Origin: Phoronis australis
Lineage: Eukaryota; Animalia; Phoronida
Reading direction: 5' to 3'
Assembly (NCBI GenBank): GCA_002633005.1
Contig: NMRA01000725.1
Location: 1-64,000 of the forward strand
DNA length: 64,000 nt
Shown: positions 60,290-64,000 of the stretch, in pieces
How the letters are laid out: each line of letters begins with the position of its first letter
Position numbering within the stretch: the stretch's first letter is position 1
The notes under the pieces: generated by a model
Databases searched by the model: none
What the model was told of the DNA's origin: nothing
The model's input: the letters and a program-made list of their open reading frames with translations, nothing else
Made by a program: the position numbers and the translations under genes

Positions 60290-63200
60290 ACCATAAGCCT
60301 TTAATATAAATAAGGATTGTCTTTTCAAAAGATTTCCAGAGTTTGTTTTGAATAAGTATTTGACGTTTTCGATTTCAGTATGCTGTCGGCATATTTCTGG
60401 TAAAAAATTCTTTCTAATGTCGTTAAGTACGGGGCAGGTAAGTAATAAGTGTACTTCGTCTTCAATTTCTGAACGGTTGCAAATTTCGCAAAGTCTATCT
60501 TCCTTTGGAATTTCATGGTGCCTACCAGTTTCTATTTTCAGTTGGTGTCCTGAGCACCCGAATTTGGCTAAAATTCTACGTAGAGTTGGTGGTAATTGTA
60601 AAGATGTTCTTCACAAGATAAATCTGTTTTGATAACAGAGTAAAATGAGCACTTGCTATAGCTCTGCACTGATGTCCTCCATTCTTGGGCACCACAATCC
60701 AACAATCTTTGCTTAAATTCCGATATAAATAAATCAATGTTACCCGGTCCACTTTTCCATACCTCCCCAAACCCGTATCTGAATAAAATATCTTTAACTT
60801 CTCTGGCCCAATTTGCTCGTCCTTTTCACACTCTTCCCGCAGCATCCTGTAACTTTTCTTTGAGTGTCTGAGATTATTCATCTGTAGAATTTTGGTCCAG
60901 TAGATTATTGGTCTGCACAAGTATTTCACAGATAATAAATGCCTGCCGCATTCTCCTCTGGCCACAACGTTACTTGTTTTCTTTGGGACACCAGCAACCC
61001 ATTTACAGAAATCATTGTGAACACTTTCTATGTCTTTCGAATATACTGTACCCCATATATCAGCACCATATAACAATATAGGAACTACAATACTATCAAA
61101 CAATTTAAAACATGCATGCGGGGAATTACACTTCACTTTGCTTAAACATGCTTTTAACATGTTCATTGCTTTTCTAGCTTGTAAAGCTGATATTCTACAA
61201 TTTTCATTCCATTTTAATCTGCAAGAAAATGTCACACCAAGATACTTGTAATAAGATTTCGTGTCTTCCGATTTCTTATTGTAGAACCACCGTTCTTGTG
61301 CCGACAGAGTCCCACCTCGATTGAAGACAACAATATTTGTCTTATCAAGATTAACACAAAGACTCCAGTCCACACAGTATTTGTGCAATACATTTAATTT
61401 CCTCTGGAGACCAGGCACTGTGTCCGCCACAAGCACCAAATCGTCCGCAAACAATAACGAACTTAATTCACAATCATCACACTTGATTCCTTGTCCTCCA
61501 TTTTCTTTGACCTCTGACACCAGTCCGCTAACAAAAACAAAGAATAACCAAGGACTCAGTATACAACATTGTTTCACACCTCTCGTACAATCAAAAAAGG
61601 GTGTGTTTTGACTCTGTATTCTCACGCACGATTTCACTTCAGCATAAATATTTCTCAGGAGATTGAACATTTTCCCCGTGGAGATTATTTTTTAACAAAC
61701 AATAAAACAGACGTGTAGTTTCCAGACTGTCAAACGCCTTGCTTAAGTTCACAAAGGCACAGTACATTTTTCCACCTCTTTTTGATAAACTTATGTGGGC
61801 CAAAGCTTGTAGAACAAAAATGTTATCCACGGTCGAATAGCACACCCTAAATCCGGCTTGTTCCTCAGGGATACATTGCATTGCATCCGACCACTCAATC
61901 AGCCTTCTGTTTAATATTGCTTATGTTGTCAATTACAGAAATTCCCCTGTAATTATTTGGCTTATTTTTGCCTCCTTTCTTGTAGATTGGAACGATTATA
62001 CTCTTTCTCCAGTTCTCCGGGAATTTTCCTGTCGCCAGTACCTTGTTGAATAGTTTGCATAATACTTCAAGGATGTCACCAGTCAGTGCTTTGAAGAGTT
62101 CGTTTGGAATACCATCTTCTCCAGGAGTTTTGTTACTTTTAAGTTTACTTATTTCCTGATTGATTTCGGACATGTCAATTTCTATATTAAGTTGTACCAG
62201 GATTTCATCACCAGGTGTATTGGCACATCCATTGCAGCTTTCGTCGTGCTCTCGTGTTTCGTCCAGCAAATTATTAAGGAATTCCTTGTTTTCCCGTACA
62301 GGCTCAGTGTTCAAGAGTTTTTCAAAATAGTTATACCATTCGTTCGACGAAATATCCGCTTGTTGAATATTGTTCGGATTTATGATTGTCTTCACGTTTG
62401 CCCAGAATATTCTTGGATCAATCACTAATTAGGTTCTTTACCATTTGTTCGTTATAATTCTTCTTTTTTTCACGACAGGTTTCCTTAAATTGACTTTTCG
62501 TATCAATATAATTACGTAGTGTATCCACACACTTTGTGGATCTGAAAAGTTTCAATAAATTGTGTTTTTCTATTTTCTTTTGCTCGCAAACGTTGTCGAA
62601 CCACCTTGGCTGCTGCCAGTTCACTGCGGGTTTATTGCTTATTTTCATTTCATGGCCGCAAGCGTGGAATAATTCATTTATTAATTTAACTGCTTTGTTA
62701 ATATCCATATCGATGGCTGAAGATATTTGGGATAATTTCTCGGTGGTGTCAACGCTAGCTGCCCACTCTTTCTTAAAACTTGAAGATTTGTGTGGCTGCC
62801 ACTTGAGTCGGTGCAATGGGGTTGTTCTGACACTAGTGTTCGATCCGTCTGTATCAGCTTCCGTATGTTCTAGATAACGTAGAGTACACATGATAGGGAA
62901 ATGGTCTGACTGGTCGTAGTTTAATACTTCAAAGTCATTAATATATTCGAACAGAGATGCCTCGGCAATAACATAGTCAATAGTGCTGCATCCTCGAGTG
63001 CAGACGAACGAATAGTTTCCTTCTCTGTCTGAGGGGTATCTACCGTTAACTATGTGCGTACCATATACTGCCCAAAATTTGGCAAGTTCTTTGCCAAAGT
63101 AGTTAGATTTCGCATCTTGGTTGTTTCTTGGTTTTTCAAAATTATTTTGAACATATCAACAGTCGCTATTGGCAAGGACACTGATATTCGTGATATCGTC

Positions 63201-63731
63201 ATCTGGGATGTAGTCTCTGAGTGTAGCTGTCCTTGAATTAAAGTCACCTGTCAAAATAACGCGTGACTGGTTAAATTTCCCATTACTCTTTAAGCAGGTA
63301 AAGTCATCCTCGAGACGATCAACACTGCAGTCAGAAATGTCGTGGCTGTAGTATGCTGACTCTTCGGGAGGGAGATAAATAAAACCTATTATTACATCTG
63401 GCTTGTCTGAGCCTGCAAAGAAATCTTTGAGATGCAAATATACTCTGTCTTCCAAATTCTCACAGATGCGAGTTATTTTGGTTCCTAAATTGTTCTTTAC
63501 CATTACTGTCACTCCACCAGATACTTTGCCGTTATATATGTTTCGTACTGATGTGAACGTGGAATAATTTTCTAAGATATCGCCAAATTCATGCTCTGCT
63601 CTTGCGTGTGATTCAATGAATCCTATGAGGTCGTAGTTTCTAATTATTTTTTTAATTTCTCCTTTGTTTTGTCGTAGCTTACTTTCTAGCCCCCCTATGT
63701 TCCATGATCCTATTTTCATTTCTCTTGTCAT
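60290..63731 (-). pseudogene. LINE ORF2 (endonuclease-reverse transcriptase), several frameshifts and stops
   Basis: Endonuclease motifs KIGSWNIGGL, FIESH, ILTGDFNSRT, STIDY and SDHF. RT motifs PGEDG, NYRGIS, EQAGFR, SKAFDS, GVKQ, LLFADDLVL and YKYLG. C-terminal GECGR. Split over track ORFs 63156..63731, 62418..62891, 61895..62425, 61639..61881 and 60576..61670. Confidence 0.93.
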
Positions 63732-63737
63732 TGTTTG

Positions 63738-64000
63738 CTATTGACTGTCGTCCTCTTCATTTGTATCCGTTCTATCTCTGAAGATGTATCTATCCTCGTT
63801 GCAGACAACTTTGTCTATATGATCGTCATACAGGTACATTTTCCTGTTGTGATAATGCTTATCAAATTTTATTGTGGCTTCTATAAAATTATTGTCTCTT
63901 GAGAACTGCCATAACTTTGATCTAGCGATACGAACGTTCTTGCTGAAGTCTTCAGCCACCGAGTATTGAGTTTCACTCCTTAATTTTCTTTTGCCTTTTA
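63738..64000 (-). CDS. LINE ORF1 C-terminal part (partial)
   Basis: VAEDFSKNVRIARSKLWQF...IKFDK resembles the C-terminal domain of L1/CR1-type ORF1 proteins; the stop lies 6 nt before the ORF2 ATG. Confidence 0.7.
   Translation of the reverse strand, partial: KGKRKLRSETQYSVAEDFSKNVRIARSKLWQFSRDNNFIEATIKFDKHYHNRKMYLYDDHIDKVVCNEDRYIFRDRTDTNEEDDSQ

Larger units (their letters stand above)
60133..64000 (-). mobile_element. Non-LTR retrotransposon (APE endonuclease + RT; RTE-X/L2/CR1-like group), 5' end outside the window
   Basis: ORF1 tail plus a frameshifted ORF2. The 3' end on the minus strand has a GAGC-TTA-GCTC stem, AATAAA and a (TC)n tail at ~60133-60180. Confidence 0.92.

Overview
AT-rich eukaryotic (animal, probably invertebrate) genomic DNA, not prokaryotic. 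Most ORFs in the supplied track are spurious because the real genes are spliced. The main feature is a 28-exon plus-strand gene (CDS 10804-43580, about 1163 aa) that I assembled by hand from GT-AG sites with matching phases. It encodes an N-terminal leucine-rich-repeat + LRRcap protein with an RFX X-box-like site just upstream, and it carries candidate microexons, cassette exons and an alternative last exon. The region from 44 kb onward is repeat-dense. It holds an orphan coding fragment (45.6-45.9 kb), a decayed Kolobok-like THAP/transposase element folded into an inverted repeat inside a ~420-bp-unit tandem element (46.7-50.6 kb), and a spliced, motif-divergent protein kinase gene (51.1-52.3 kb, minus strand). 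It also holds a palindromic cluster of a hairpin-ended non-autonomous element (55-57.3 kb) and a frameshifted non-LTR retrotransposon (60.1-64 kb). A rearranged second copy of that retrotransposon (57.7-59.6 kb) is probably an uncollapsed allele. I saw no rRNA, tRNA or CRISPR array, and I cannot demonstrate a new multi-gene system from sequence alone.
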